Source: Iphione sp. A-MEVVRFRX5 (lineage: Eukaryota). Taken from it: a DNA stretch of 64,000 nt. Positions within the stretch are counted from its first letter, which is position 1; every line of letters begins with the position of its first letter. A model generated the notes under the pieces. It was not told where the DNA came from and ran no database searches. It worked only from the letters and a program-made list of their open reading frames with translations. The stretch covers positions 67,704,001-67,768,000 of the forward strand of contig OZ320315.1 in the NCBI GenBank assembly GCA_976226885.1, given 5' to 3'. The position numbers and the translations under genes were made by a program. Below, piece by piece: positions 51,001 to 64,000 of this stretch.

Positions 51001-54000
51001 AAGCATGTAGGCAGGGGGACTGCAGGGAGATGAGAGATCGCTATGCAATTGCTGAAGGATCAATATTTTGACAATCAGGCGACAGTCACGAGACGGTGGG
51101 TGGTGCTGCCGGGTAATTATCGTCATAGCTCTGATTTACGGCCACTGAGTGCACGACATCTGACTGGCCGAACCTGGTCTGGCAGCCCCCGGGAAGGCAC
51201 TCAAGCTTGGCAGGAGGGCAAGCAGAGAAGCAGAAGGGAAATGCGCCATAAAAGCTTGGGTAGACATACTCATAGAAGAGCCCACCGATCCGAACACCCA
51301 TGGCATACTCACGTGCAAGAGCCGAGCAGCATTCTGCCACAATAGTAGAGGGAAGTATATATTATCTATCACGATCCTCATCCACCACCTGCTCCTCCCT
51401 TCCTGCCCCTCATAGATATCTCCCTACGTCTTCCACAGCTCCTGTTTGTAGCAGCTTAGCGCGTTGGCTGCAAGTGGACTCCAACCCGAACGAAGCTGGA
51501 TATGTAAGGCCACTGGCCTATTTTTTTCCAGTTGAAATAAACGAAGTAAAAAAAAAAAAAAAACCCTAATACCCTTGACAGGCGGCGCAGAGATTATTTC
51601 GAGGCACAAGCGCATATGCGCACCCGTGCTTGCAAACAGGCGAGTGCTACCAATGGTTAGGCCTGCCATCTCTACAAGGTCCAAAGAGAGAATCAAAGAC
51701 TGATATTCTGCGTCGAGCCTTGCGCCTGCCCGCTGTACTGGGGAGAAGGGATGCCTCTCCTGTACTTGGTGACTTGAGGTTGCGATCAATGATACTACTT
51801 TATGGAGGGACACAATATTAAAGCTTTCATATTTTCCCCTCGCACAGCAGGCAATTGATGTGATCCGTCTAGTAAATAGTTAACATATTTATTTCCTCCC
51901 TGACGCCAGTCTTATAACTACAGGTGTGGGAGGGGTCTGCCCTCAAGGATAGGCAGAATACTTTACTGTGGTTCCCTTTAGGCTGTTGCCTGATTAAATG
52001 GGCAAAGATTGCATGCACTGGGACTTTGGCGCTGCGCCTCTGGTGGCAAATCATGTCTAATTACATCAAGGTACAAGCTAAAGCTTTCAGGGCTTCCACA
52101 TCGCAGCAATCAACTGCAAAAACACTGCTGCCTGCCACAGAACTCTGATCACCCTGATGTTATCAACTCAGGGATCCTCCACAGAAATGACAGACGTCGA
52201 TTGCGAAAAAATGTCTTTATTGCTTTTCTTCGTTTATTTCCAAGAGAAATCCTTATTCTGTTCGCACTGCTAAGCCGTTGACAAAGGCACGGGTGCATTG
52301 TTGGTCTTGGATCTCCTCATTTGCTTCGCGGAGCACAAATGAGATATTATTTGAAAATTGCAGGCCTTTGTACAAAAACCTAGACAAAATAGTTACAACA
52401 GACGTTTGTAATAACATAATCTGATTATTCGATTTATTAATGAATGCCGTGTATTATTAAGGAGAATAAAAACAACCTCTACAGCGTCGTTTCACATTTG
52501 CTTTCATTCGTCCTAATAACATACGGTTTGCTGTTCCTGAAACGTTCGTGTGCTATCCACGTATTTTCTTCATTCCCCCGCAGAAAACAGCCTGAAGGGA
52601 AAGGGGGAAAGGGACAACCACAAGGCATTAGTTCAGCTGTCCCTATTATTCCCAGTGAATTGCAGCAAGCGGCCTGAATAAAGCTAATGTATGTAATCAG
52701 GAGACTTGGCAGGCGACGAAATGTCAAGCCCTTGGAGAGCCTGCTCATTGCAGACCCGGGATTGATTATCCGCAGTTAAAAGCTGAGTTGGCACAGGTGT
52801 TGCCTTCCCTATAGCCACCTGCCAAAGGATCGCTTGGCCGGCCTTAGTTCCCCGTGTCCGGCGCCATTCATATTTCATTAGGCGGCGACGCCGGACGCTT
52901 GTAATGTCAGCTGGTGTGAGGGTCTCATTCCGGGTGTAGCGGCCGGCAACCCGTCATTGTGAGTAGATCAATGCACGTCCTGCAAGGCTTTCGAAATCAG
53001 CCTGATCTGGGCTACTTTTTACCGCGAGGTGCTCTCGTAGATACCGTCACCGTAGTGGTGCTGTCGAGGTTAGGATTCATGCTGTCACGCTAAGCATGTG
53101 CGGTTTACATCCTTTCCCTTACACGTTCACGTAAAGCAGATACATGCATAATATAAACATGTTGCGGCCATTAATAAGGACCGGTGTATCTCGGGCATGA
53201 AACATTTAGGTCGAGTAAGAGTATGATTTCCATACAAATAACCCGCTTGGGCGAACGGATATTTATTCCGCTGGGGAGAACGACACATTGAGAAAGAATA
53301 CAGTCTAGGTGCGATACTCTCGGTATGCTTTGTATCACAGTATGACTCAAGAGTCAAAGGTCTTCTCCTCACCTGAGAAAACAGACGATCAGAGACCGAC
53401 TTCAATAATAAACAGCCCTAGGCGCTCTACACCCGGCAGGGCGGTAGCTGGTTAGGAGGGCTAGGACAGAAGGCTCTCCCCACTAGCATTAAAAATATAC
53501 CTGTTCCCAAGAACTAGGGCTCAGATAGATACTACAGTCCATACACTTCCGCCCTTCGCCTTACTCTAGCTATTATATACAAGTACGTACACAGGAGCCA
53601 CTCGATTAGGGGTAAACATTACTACATAAAACAAAAAAAACGTTCAAATGAACCTACAAACGAGAATAAATTGTAGAAAGGACCAATAATCGGGGGGGGG
53701 GATTGTCTATTACCAAAAGTTATGGCTTGAGATTCTGGTTATAAAAGAACCTTTTGTCTCTCCAGGTTTTTAGAATGAATATCTCTTCCGACCATTTTCA
53801 CCAAATAGGAAACCGATCAAGGGTGCAACACCGCCCTGTAGGTGCCATTCGCGAGCCTGTTTCACGCCGACTGCAGTGCTCATCAGAGAGCAACTCCACC
53901 TATCTCCTCGGTGTGAGGCTGTGTTTCCCCTCCCCGCTGGCTTTCGATTTACTACTCCTTCCTGTTCCTCTTCTCCGCCGTCATTGCCTTCCGGGCCACC

Positions 54001-54555
54001 TGCCACCCCGCCGATTCTGTGCCCGCTATCTGGCCAGTGCAGCTCAAAATAAATGTCCATGAGTCTCATTTGTGTACATTTAGCTCCTCAGAAGATAACG
54101 CGTACGAGTTTGAGTGGGGTTGGCTATCAGTGCCTCTCCTGCGTCTCGCGTTTCATATTCCGCCGACTTCACGAGGAGGGATATGGGAGTGTCAGGCTAA
54201 CTATTAACATCCAACACTACGGTAAGACTCTATATATTTATGGCAGGCTAGGTAGACAGGTGCTGTCAGCCACATCTAATGAAATTGAATGCAGTAACCA
54301 TAGCAACAATGACGACTATTACCTGACCAAACACACTGTCAGAGTCATCCAGTCACTTCAGACTTACACGAACAGACCTTCTCGATGTTGTCGGACTTCA
54401 GATGAATCCCCTGTAAGTGGAGTCGCGTTTCTTTCGTCTGGCAAGGTGCCAATCTAAAAAAATACACTTGTGCGACAGGTATTTAGGAAGTTCTTTAATA
54501 AAGCTGCAACAAATGTCTGTGTCCAAGAATAAACTCACTGAATATAGCCACTCAC

Positions 54556-54584
54556 AGTATTCTGAATACAGTATTCAGAATACT
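54556..54584. repeat. Perfect 14-bp inverted repeat with a 1-nt spacer; each arm is itself a hairpin
   Basis: agtattctgaatac-a-gtattcagaatact. Confidence 0.9.
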
Positions 54585-54659
54585 CCACAAATGACTGATA
54601 GATATGATGTACGCTTTTGTTCAGTGTGCTGTCTAGTTTTATGTCTGAGCTATGGTTGA

Positions 54660-54767
54660 ACATCGCAACTGCAAACGATCCTAGTTTTCATGAGTTTTTT
54701 TGTAAAGGAAGAACCTTCGTGTATGTATGGGAAGAAGTGTAAATAAAATATCTTCAATCTTCAATCT
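54660..54767 (+). mobile_element. Possible truncated LINE/SINE 3' end
   Basis: AATAAA followed by a short (TCTTCAA)n tail, the same architecture as the L2-type tail at 37631; the start coordinate is approximate. Confidence 0.3.
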
Positions 54768-57700
54768 CCTTCTTTCCATGTTTTAAAAGGTTGGTTTATA
54801 ACTCACGCCACTTAGTGTTAACATTCTGTATGCGCGTTCTGATAGAACAGGCCGGAGTATCCCATGAGTGACCTAGAAACGAGCAGCAGGTCCCTGTGAG
54901 CTTTCGAGCAAAACAGTCGGGCTGCCATCTCAGAAGCCTATACCTGCGTATAGCCAAGGGGGGCTACCCGACCAGACTAGTTGGATGGGTAGTCCGTCAG
55001 TTGTAAATAGCGGCCGTGCCTCCGTCAACCACGCACACAACAGCTACCTTTCACCCTAATGCCTCTTCCTTTCATGTCAAATCTTTCAAATGTCACCGGC
55101 TGTCGGTCTGGTTAGTTTGGGCTTTCTCTCAAAGACGGCTCCTGCTGCGGATCATTGAAGCCCCCCTCTTCCCTTCTCCCTTTCCACCAATAGACCACCG
55201 GAGTATGATCAACGATTAACGTTACAGGAGTTGATAGGGTCTAGTTGTGGGAGGGAAACTGACAGAAATAATGAAGAGGGAACCATATCTCAACACCACG
55301 GGATGTCTGACTTTCATATTGGGTCAAATACATGTACTACAGAAGGTGTGGAAGTTGCCGTTACTATAGTCTCTTGGCTTAATATTTGAAGTTTTGCTGT
55401 ATCCTTTTCATGATGTGCATCTCAGTCGAGATAACCTGCCATAAATAAGAGGAGGAATTGTCATCACGAGTTGATAATTTTCCAAAATGATTCTAGTCTA
55501 GTAGAAACGCTGGAGGGCTTTACCTGGTCGGTTGGGCACGTAGAAACGTCAGAGTACAGCAGGTATTTCACGATCTGCTGAGAGGCTAATGGAAACGATA
55601 TTCTATCTCGTGTAATTAGCACGGACTTAATAAAACATCACAGGACAGCGGGACGTCGCTAGCTTAGTCATCCGATAAGAAACAGACATGAGAGAATCCA
55701 TTCTTTACAACAGTACATTTGATGAATGTGCAGTACTTTTTCTTGAACAGCTTTGCTTCATTATGGTACACACTTAATCTATACAGTTACACAGAGTAAA
55801 AACACAGGGCATATTAGTGTAATAATGTAGATCTAAAAGTGCATAGGATCTTTGCCATTTTAAACTAAAAGCGTACTTCTATTGAAAAGAAACTGTGTAC
55901 GAAGAAGTAGACAGTCGGCTTGTGTCAGCTCTCTTCTCTCAAACAGCCTGACCCGAGTCCAATTCCCAGAAGGTCTTCCATGACGTTTCTTTGTGTTACA
56001 TTCATGGTTACAGACTTTTTTTCTGAATAAGTCATGAGAATTTTTCCCGAGGTAATACAGCAGCAAGACGTAAGCCAGTCTGTAACGAGCATTTTCTTCA
56101 GAGGATCGAGTGAACAAACCTCTTGCAAAGCACAAACTTCACCCTAGCAGCTCTCCAGGGCGTTTTGCTTTGTGTGAAACTCCAGAGCCAAACACAGCTT
56201 TTAGCTCGAAGCTGCCGCATTTGTGAAAACACGGCCTTCAGAAAGGCACCCTACGGGCAGGTTGACTCTGATCTTTTGTTCCTCTGCTGGCCGCGCTGGG
56301 TGACGACCATTCGGCGCCTGATACCAGCGCCAGTAGAGCTAAATGCCTTACTGCTGTGTTCCTATCGTCGATATTGATCTCTTAAACCACTGTCCGAACC
56401 ACAAAACCCCAGCCCATGACGAGGTGCTATCTATCGGCTTAATCTATAATTGCATTGTACTACGAACTCATATTGCCTAAGCCATCGACACGGTTCTTAG
56501 AAAGGAACGTGGCGCTGAGGTATAACTTGATCTGGCGATTTCCGAACCGTTTGACATGCTCTGCAAAACTGAATCAAAAGGAGGTGATTTTTTTTCGTTA
56601 CAGTATGAATCGTGAAATTTGACATCGCAACTCATTCTATGGAAAATACATTGCAGACACACGTGCCCATCACTTTCACACGAGCCCGGAAAATCCTCTT
56701 AAGGGGTTTTAAAAGATATAAAAATATCCTCTTGCATGACCCCCGGCAGTGCCACGTTCACTGGCTTACGTAGCCCTGCCACTAAAGTTGGTCTTTAAGT
56801 ATTGCCAGGACGGCCAGAGGAGTAGACGCAAGATGGCGCAGTAGACGACCGCAATTGCGGACAAACCGGGACACACCAAAGCAGTCTGTATTGCGGGTCA
56901 GTTGGCTTTACTGGTCGTGTGAGGAAACCAGGTCAGTTCCATTCAAAATGTTTCTACTTGACTGTTTCGTCAGCAAATGAGATTCGAATCTACATTAGTA
57001 CTCTGTCACTTTCGCTGGGAATGTAGGGTGTATAGTTAACAATATCGTTATGGCCAAAACAATTGATTTATTCTGCTCCTAATAGAGGGTTGCCCTTGTT
57101 TGAGTGTTGTTTTTCTTATATATGGTGCAGTCAAGGCAGTCAATTCTTCTCAATTCAGGGTTCCACGGGGTCAGTTGCTAATGTACATGTAATTCATGTT
57201 TCACAGATCTATACACAGCACGCATGCACTAAAAACAAATTCCAATACGTAATTGAATAAAAACAAATTCTGTACTCAAAACATTTTATTTCCACTGAGC
57301 GAATTGTTACAACTGCTGTGACGCAGCACCACCCAGCTCATTTAAATATGCATTACAGGGATTTAATTTTGGATGCTGTCAACAAACGGAACGTACAGTG
57401 CCCTCCACAAACGTAACCTGAGAGGTACTAAAACCAAAGGCACCAAAATGTAGTAGAGAACAAAACCCTGAAGATTGTGCTTTTGAAACTATATTTTAAT
57501 TGAATGATGATGCGTGCAAATGTGGCGATCGATGTTACCTTGTTCTGGCATGTGAATATGTGCTCTCGGGGGATATGAATAGGTCATATACATCACCTTC
57601 AAGGGTTTCAGAAAAACGCTGTCTGTAGGGTGCTGACTTTGAAGATATTAAAAGGGTATACTGATTCCCGCGGAAGGATAAATAACCCTGAGTTACGAGG

Positions 57701-60700
57701 GCACCAATGGCCTATTATAGCCAACCTTGTAGGACCACGGCCATGTTAAGGCGGTACAGAGGGGAATGGGTGGTCAGATAAAACATAACAAATAGCAGCA
57801 GAATTGATCCATCGGTGTACTCTCCTCACCCGCACCGAGCACCAGCATTTCTTCGCCTGGACGAACCCATCCTGCTACCCGTGACGCTGTGGCCTTTGGA
57901 CCATGCCTAACGTCAGCAGAGGATTGTCCAAGCCAACGCAGCACTGTCATTTCCTTAGAACAATACAGCGCTGTTTTGGCCCGTACCCCCACTAGACTCC
58001 CCCACTAGCGTTCATCTCGCAACATAAGCGAAGTGAAGCAGGGACAGCGATAAGAATCCTCAGCCATCTTGGCAGTTAGCCGACAAACTGTACATCCTCC
58101 CTCCCCAGGGCCAGTAGCTCGACCGTCGGTGGGAACGACTCACGAGATACGATCCACCACGTACCTCTTGGGTCTGTTCTGACATGATTCCCGAAGATTT
58201 TCTCCCTAAACCATTCAGCTTTGCATGCCTCCCTGTCCCTAGTGATAATTAGTCCTTCGACAAAGCCTCCATTCTATTGACTCGACTCACAAGAAGAATA
58301 GAAAGCCATTTCTGTTTTATCCTCTTATTTAATGTTGAATTTTCCCCCGCTGGCGCTGGTCTCTTTTGCAGCTGTCGTCGTTAGTTTGCTCCGAGTGAGG
58401 AGGCGCGTAATCCACCGCGTCCCGCCATGTCGGCCTCTATCTGTCGCTATTGCTACATGAAAGAACTTGAATGTTGAATCACGCCATGATGAAAGATGTC
58501 ATTATGCGCTGCTTGTATTTACTTACCCCTTCTTTTCTCGAGCGCAGTACGCGAGCCTCGAACCTTTTAATCTCGCACCATGTCCACTCCTGGCCGCCAG
58601 GCGCGTTCGGCGAGCTCGTCGCAGCCAAACAAGACAAAACTCTTGACAGACACTTTGGCTGCAGCAACATCTAAAAATGGCGATGTCACTCAGGCACTAA
58701 TAAAACCGCAGCTTGCTCAGGCGTCATGAACTGGGCGTAATATATTTATCGGCTGTTGCGGGTAGACGCATGAGATTTGAGGTAGGTTGGTGGGGGAGAA
58801 GGAGGGAAGGGAGGAGGCCTAACGAACGAGCCTTTACTCAACTGTATCAGGTAAAAAAGGACTTCAGCATTGGGACTGTGGCGCCTGGTGTCTCCTAGTT
58901 TGGTGAGGACGTGGGCGTTTTGATAACTGTTGTGGTTTCTGGACAAATGGAAAAAAATCTGCACCAGTCCTCAACCAGCGTGTGATGGCGCAGGCAAGAA
59001 TCAGCATATTGCTGAGTCGTGTTCAAAGATCAAGAAGTGTTAACAGGGCAAATGAGGCGCTTTGCTTCCGCCTTTGCATTTTGCCCACAAACACAGGTGG
59101 GCGGCTCGTTCTTGGATTTCCACCTCACTTTGATGTTGTGCTGTCCTAGTAGAGTACTCGCGCTCACGGCCACCAGGCATAGGTCAGTCCTCGCAATCGT
59201 GGACTTCTCCGTGCACTTTGCAGGCAAACCGCATCTGAGCATCCTTTCTTCTTTTTGACAAACAAAAAGGGTATACTGATTAATTTTCAGGTCAGAATTT
59301 GACATTTGCGCCGTTGACCACTTTTAAATCCAGGTGCTTTTACCTTTTTCCACACGATCCGATCAACTCAAGAAGCAATTGTTGAAGGAAGGTGGTCGTT
59401 AGTGCTTGACATTTTATATCGATGGTTATATAAATTACCTTAATCAAGACCTTTTTGTACCCTTTGTCCCTCGTTGGTAAACTAGTTTTAAGGGACTGTC
59501 AAAAACGAAATACATTATATGAGTCTGACATTAAATTCAAATTTAAAATACAAGTGTAATGGCTACTTCCCGATGTTTCGGTGGAAGTGGAGACTTCAAT
59601 GCTTAAATACTAGTCAGAAACCTGATCTAATGTACATCCATTATGTTTTCAGACGCTTATAGGTTCAATCGAAACATAATGTCTACATACAGTATATATT
59701 ATCTGGAGTGGTCATTTTAAAAAATCTCTGTTTTCAGTAAGACGATTGGAAAGGGTAGGCTTAGAAATCTTTCAAACTGCTTTCACATTTAGATACCCCC
59801 CGATTTAATGTTTAACTTACTGGATGAAACATAAATATGGATGCTTTATCAAATCATGGGCTTCCTCCCTTCTGAGAAAATATAAATTTATTCATTCATG
59901 ATCCAGTATAAAAGTGAACGAAAACTTTCTTCTCAAAACATATAGGCGTTCTTAGAATTTATTAACTTGAAATTGGCTCATACTGAAGAAGTGTGACGAA
60001 AGCACCCGACAGGATCACAATAGTATACTGCTCGCTACCTATCAATTTCATGGCTAATAAGGAGAAGTATGGTAGGCAGGCCTTTCAGGAAAAAAAATCA
60101 AGATGGAAAGAAGGTAAATTCTCCGTTGCGGACCCAGGAGTAATTATATTAGTATCTGCGTCTTATAAGCGTCACAGTGTGACTGCGGACTGTGATGAAG
60201 ATAGAGGTCTCTAATGAAAATGGCGCAGTAATGCAATTAACGCGAATCGCTGAGATAGCGGTACTTAGGCTAAACAGCCTCAAGCCTAACTTCATTTTAT
60301 CGCAAGCGGAAGTGAGCAATTCCCCCGTGCTGTCACTGTGAAGTCGGAACTGCTCAGGTGATGGGAACGCCACCTGGTGTGCATTGGCTCATGAGCCAGA
60401 GTGATCTGCAGTTGATGATAACTTTTCACGATGCCAAACCGAGGAAGACGTTTGTCGGTTTGAAAAACGATTTCCATCGGAATCCCCATGCCTTTTTTTG
60501 TGATAACGGATAAAACCGGTCATTGATTTGTTTTTCCGCGTTGTCTTTAAGTGTCGTGTCAAATTCTGAACTGGTAATCTTTTTTCATGCGAGAAGAAAG
60601 TTCCTGCCGTATCGACCCCCTGCGGGCAAAGATGAGCAATGGGAAGTCAATAACGAAAATTCACCTCTTTGTGCAATAAGCAAGATTATAAAGACATCAG

Positions 60701-63700
60701 ACGGAAAAAGGGGCTGAACGCTGCCAGAGATAGATCAAAGCAGAAATATAAATACCACAAAAGGCTTGTTATCTTTGGAATCGGCTTTTGTCTGTATATC
60801 ATGTATTGATAAAAGGCTAGAGCCACGAGGCACACAGACTGGCATAATTACATCTATCGTAATTCAAATGCACAGGCCATGCGCCGGATGAAAGGAGATA
60901 ATCAAAAGACTAATTTTCTATATAACCACATTAGCACACTCAGGTGGCTCTTTGGTTACAAGTTCTCTTTGATAAGGCGCCGCTCTGCTAAGGACCTCCT
61001 TTTAATTACAAATATTCATTGCGTCAAAATACCTTAGTAGGGCGATGACATCCAATTAAAAATGTAATAGCTAGGGGGTGGCAGTATGAATGATTGATTA
61101 GATTTGCCTAATCCATCATATTTATCGTAGGAGACGTAGTAAGAAAGCCGGCTGAGGATTTATCATCCATTGGCTGAATAATGGATCCGGTCCTTTGGAC
61201 GAAGGTCCACTATGTTATGCTGGGGGTGCACGAAAGCCAGGCAATCTTGAAAATGGAACCAGTCGAAGATAAGACACCTTCTAGGATGCGTGCATGGAAG
61301 GGGTAGTCGGTGGGGAAAGGGGCCCGAGTGTTGATCCCAACGGCATCTTGTTGTCGGCCACAAAGGCCCTCTGGATACATCAAATACTTCACACGTTGGC
61401 TTTATTCGATTGCCGCTTGCGCAGGATGTCGTTGAATGTCGCGGCGCGTGCCATTTGTTTGCCCCGGCTATGGCGACCCTGCCGTCGAGACCGAGGGCGC
61501 CGGGCGGCCGGCCGTGCCGTATCTGCCTCTCCCTTCTGACGCTCAGCGTATTTCCCCAGTGACGCCGGCTTTGTGGCCAGCGACTGATTAATCCGTTCAC
61601 CTCTGTGCCAGTCGTGCATGGTGAAGGTAGGGGCGGTGGTCTGAGGGAGAGTGGGAGCTGCTCGCAGTGGAAACAGCCTCGCGGGAACGAACGGCTCGCC
61701 GGAAGCGGCGGGCGGCCCGTGTGCAGGTCAGCGAGGGTCAGGCCTCTCCGCGACGCCTGGACGCGTTTCCGCTCCATCGGTGGCGGGCCGGCATGTCTCA
61801 CCGCCCCCACCGGATGCGGAAGGGCGCTGCGCGCCTTGACGTTGCTAACTAGCCTAGTGGCCGCCGGTGGCGATGGCCAACAACACAGACGCCCGCCTAG
61901 GCGGCTGGCCCGTGCCGCCCCCACCGACATTATTGAATTTGAGCCAATCGCTGGCACAGGCAGCTGCGGCGCCGGCGGCTGGAGCGTGCACCTAACTCGA
62001 TCGCGACTCCCGTTGATGATCATGGATGATGGCCGTAATGATGCAGATCGATACCAATAAAACATTGGATGTGTTTGCTCGCATTAGGCGGCCGTTTTTC
62101 GCGATTAGGATATTCCCAGTAGAGTAGCTACTGGAGGAACGCCTGGACAATGAATGATGTACCGACCGCTACTGGACAGCTTCGCAAACTATAACGAAGC
62201 TCTATGGTCTCTCTCAGTCTAGGACACGACACCTGCGCTTACAACAGGCGTACTGTCGGCGAGGGTCTAACAAGCTGCTTCCATTACGGTGATAAACCCA
62301 GGACAGACTAAAGGCATGCACTAATGTACTCCACAACACACCAACAGGACAGGACAGCAGCAACAGCAACCACGCCTAACTTTTAAGTGATAATTAGATC
62401 CGTTAAATCATCTTTTCTGCTTTGGATCTTGCAAGAATCGCACACGCCTCTTGTCTTTAAAGCGTGCCAATTACTCATTTATCTTTGATAGTTACGTTTG
62501 TATTTCATCCATAGAAAAGCTGTGCCACTCATGGTGATGCACACGTCGTTGGCTTGTTTTGAGAATTTGCCGCGAGACATGCGGGTAGATTGTTAGTATA
62601 ATACTGCTAACCTAATTATAGTATGTAATTGTAATACATGGACATTTGTTTATATATGCACACGTACCTCGATTTGATTTCACACGAACCATGAAGGCCG
62701 GACAACATTTGGGTTGGTCGTGGTCGTTTTTTTTCCTTCAGTAACTACCCACCGATGACCTTTACAGAGAATCTTCTTTCACAAAAGCCAGAAGCCCTAT
62801 CAGTCGGCCTCCCGACATAGTAAATTTCCACGAAGGTTTCGGACAGACGGCAAAGATGTCTGCTGCAGTCTAGTTGTGGCGTCACCGTTCGCGAGCACTG
62901 AGGGTCAGACGCACTAATTACCATGGATTTGCTCCTATTATGAAGCTCAGATCTCATTGGCGTCCAATGAAGTAAGATCATGAAATTAATTAGGATTGAC
63001 TATTATCCACTTAGTTTAATTAGGTATCTAATACGACAGGTGATTAAAACTGTCTGTGTAATTAATACCTTGCAGCCCCTCGATTTTACAGCTTGGCGAC
63101 TTTCTTCCAGACTTTAAGAACCCGTTGCCCTTTCTCATCCAGGCTTCGCGTTCTGTGGCTTGGCATTTCGATGCAGAGTGATATTTGTCTGAACGCTTGG
63201 AGGCATTACATAACAAAGTCATTAGTAAATATTTAAATACGGGTCACATTGCAGGCACGTTTAGAATATGCTGCTGCGCAAAAGTGTTCTCTGGTCAGAA
63301 GACTGCACATAATGCCAAAATCTTCAACCTGTAAGTGTCGTTCACATGCCGACGCGAAGGTCGTTTCGGCGTGGGAGTAGCCTGTAGGGGACCTGCTGCT
63401 ATGGTCTATGTGGACCCTCTACTCAAGCAGCAACCAACAGCAAATATTTACGGGTGCTGGTGTTCAAAAGCCAGAAGGAAGTGCTTGGCCGGATGGCCGC
63501 CTGCTCTTTCCCAGCCAAGTCACTCCTACCAGTTGAACACATGATTAAAGTCTTTCTCTCCTGGAGTACAAGTCCCGAGTAAAAACATTCCTAATCCCCG
63601 TTTAGAACATATCGTAAACAACTTCCTGGCGACAGGAACAGGTGTAATGATTCATATCCTCTTGCCACTTTCAACTAAGCATAGCACATAAGACTGTTAT

Positions 63701-64000
63701 AGCCTGCATGAAATCAACTTAATCCTTGGTTGAATCTGAAGCAAACGTACAATTTAGTCGATATTTGTCCACTATAATGCTGTGTTCATAATTATGATTT
63801 ACGGGCAGGTAGGGGCACAACGACTAATTCTTTAAATGGCTTTGTGACAAAGCAGTAAGGCTGACCAGGAAGTCCATTTACACAACATGCTTTGGGCGTG
63901 AGTTGGTTTTAGTTGATCTGCATGTCCTCAATGGTCAATGTTTGGCCTGGGTCAGTGTAACCACCTGTTTGTGTCTAGATTAAATGACACGGGGGAGCAC

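Noticed and set aside
51535-51563. Processed retrocopy ending in AATAAA + A17
   Set aside because: The signal-to-tail distance is very short, and there is no target-site duplication or upstream ORF.
53835-53892. Hammerhead-like CUGAUGA...GAAAC on the minus strand
   Set aside because: Stem II is weak, and no stem III with an NUH cleavage triplet or stem I partner is present.
61163-62065. 300-aa minus-strand ORF and overlapping 151-aa plus-strand ORF
   Set aside because: Arg/Pro/Gly/Ala-rich with no domain, open in several frames on both strands; typical of a GC-rich regulatory patch.

Overview
Eukaryotic (animal, probably invertebrate deuterostome; amphioxus-like by its repeat content, which is inference) genomic DNA with spliceosomal introns and no prokaryotic gene organisation. 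1-9 kb is repeat-rich: a tRNA-headed SINE between two 138-bp direct repeats, a PIF/Harbinger-type MITE carrying a 41-bp tandem array, and microsatellites. 12-17 kb holds a minus-strand multi-exon gene, reconstructed from GT-AG sites with matching phases, for a Shisa-like single-pass membrane protein with a His tract and a PPxY motif. 17.5-64 kb is almost devoid of recognisable coding sequence except for one apparently full-length, intact ~4.6-kb L2/CR1-group LINE (37631-42272, minus strand). This LINE is the standout. It has three separate ORFs: a NADAR/YbiA-family hydrolase, a degenerate SGNH-esterase-like ORF, and the APE-endonuclease/reverse-transcriptase ORF. Most short ORFs in the supplied track look spurious. 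All family assignments are from motif recall, not database searches.
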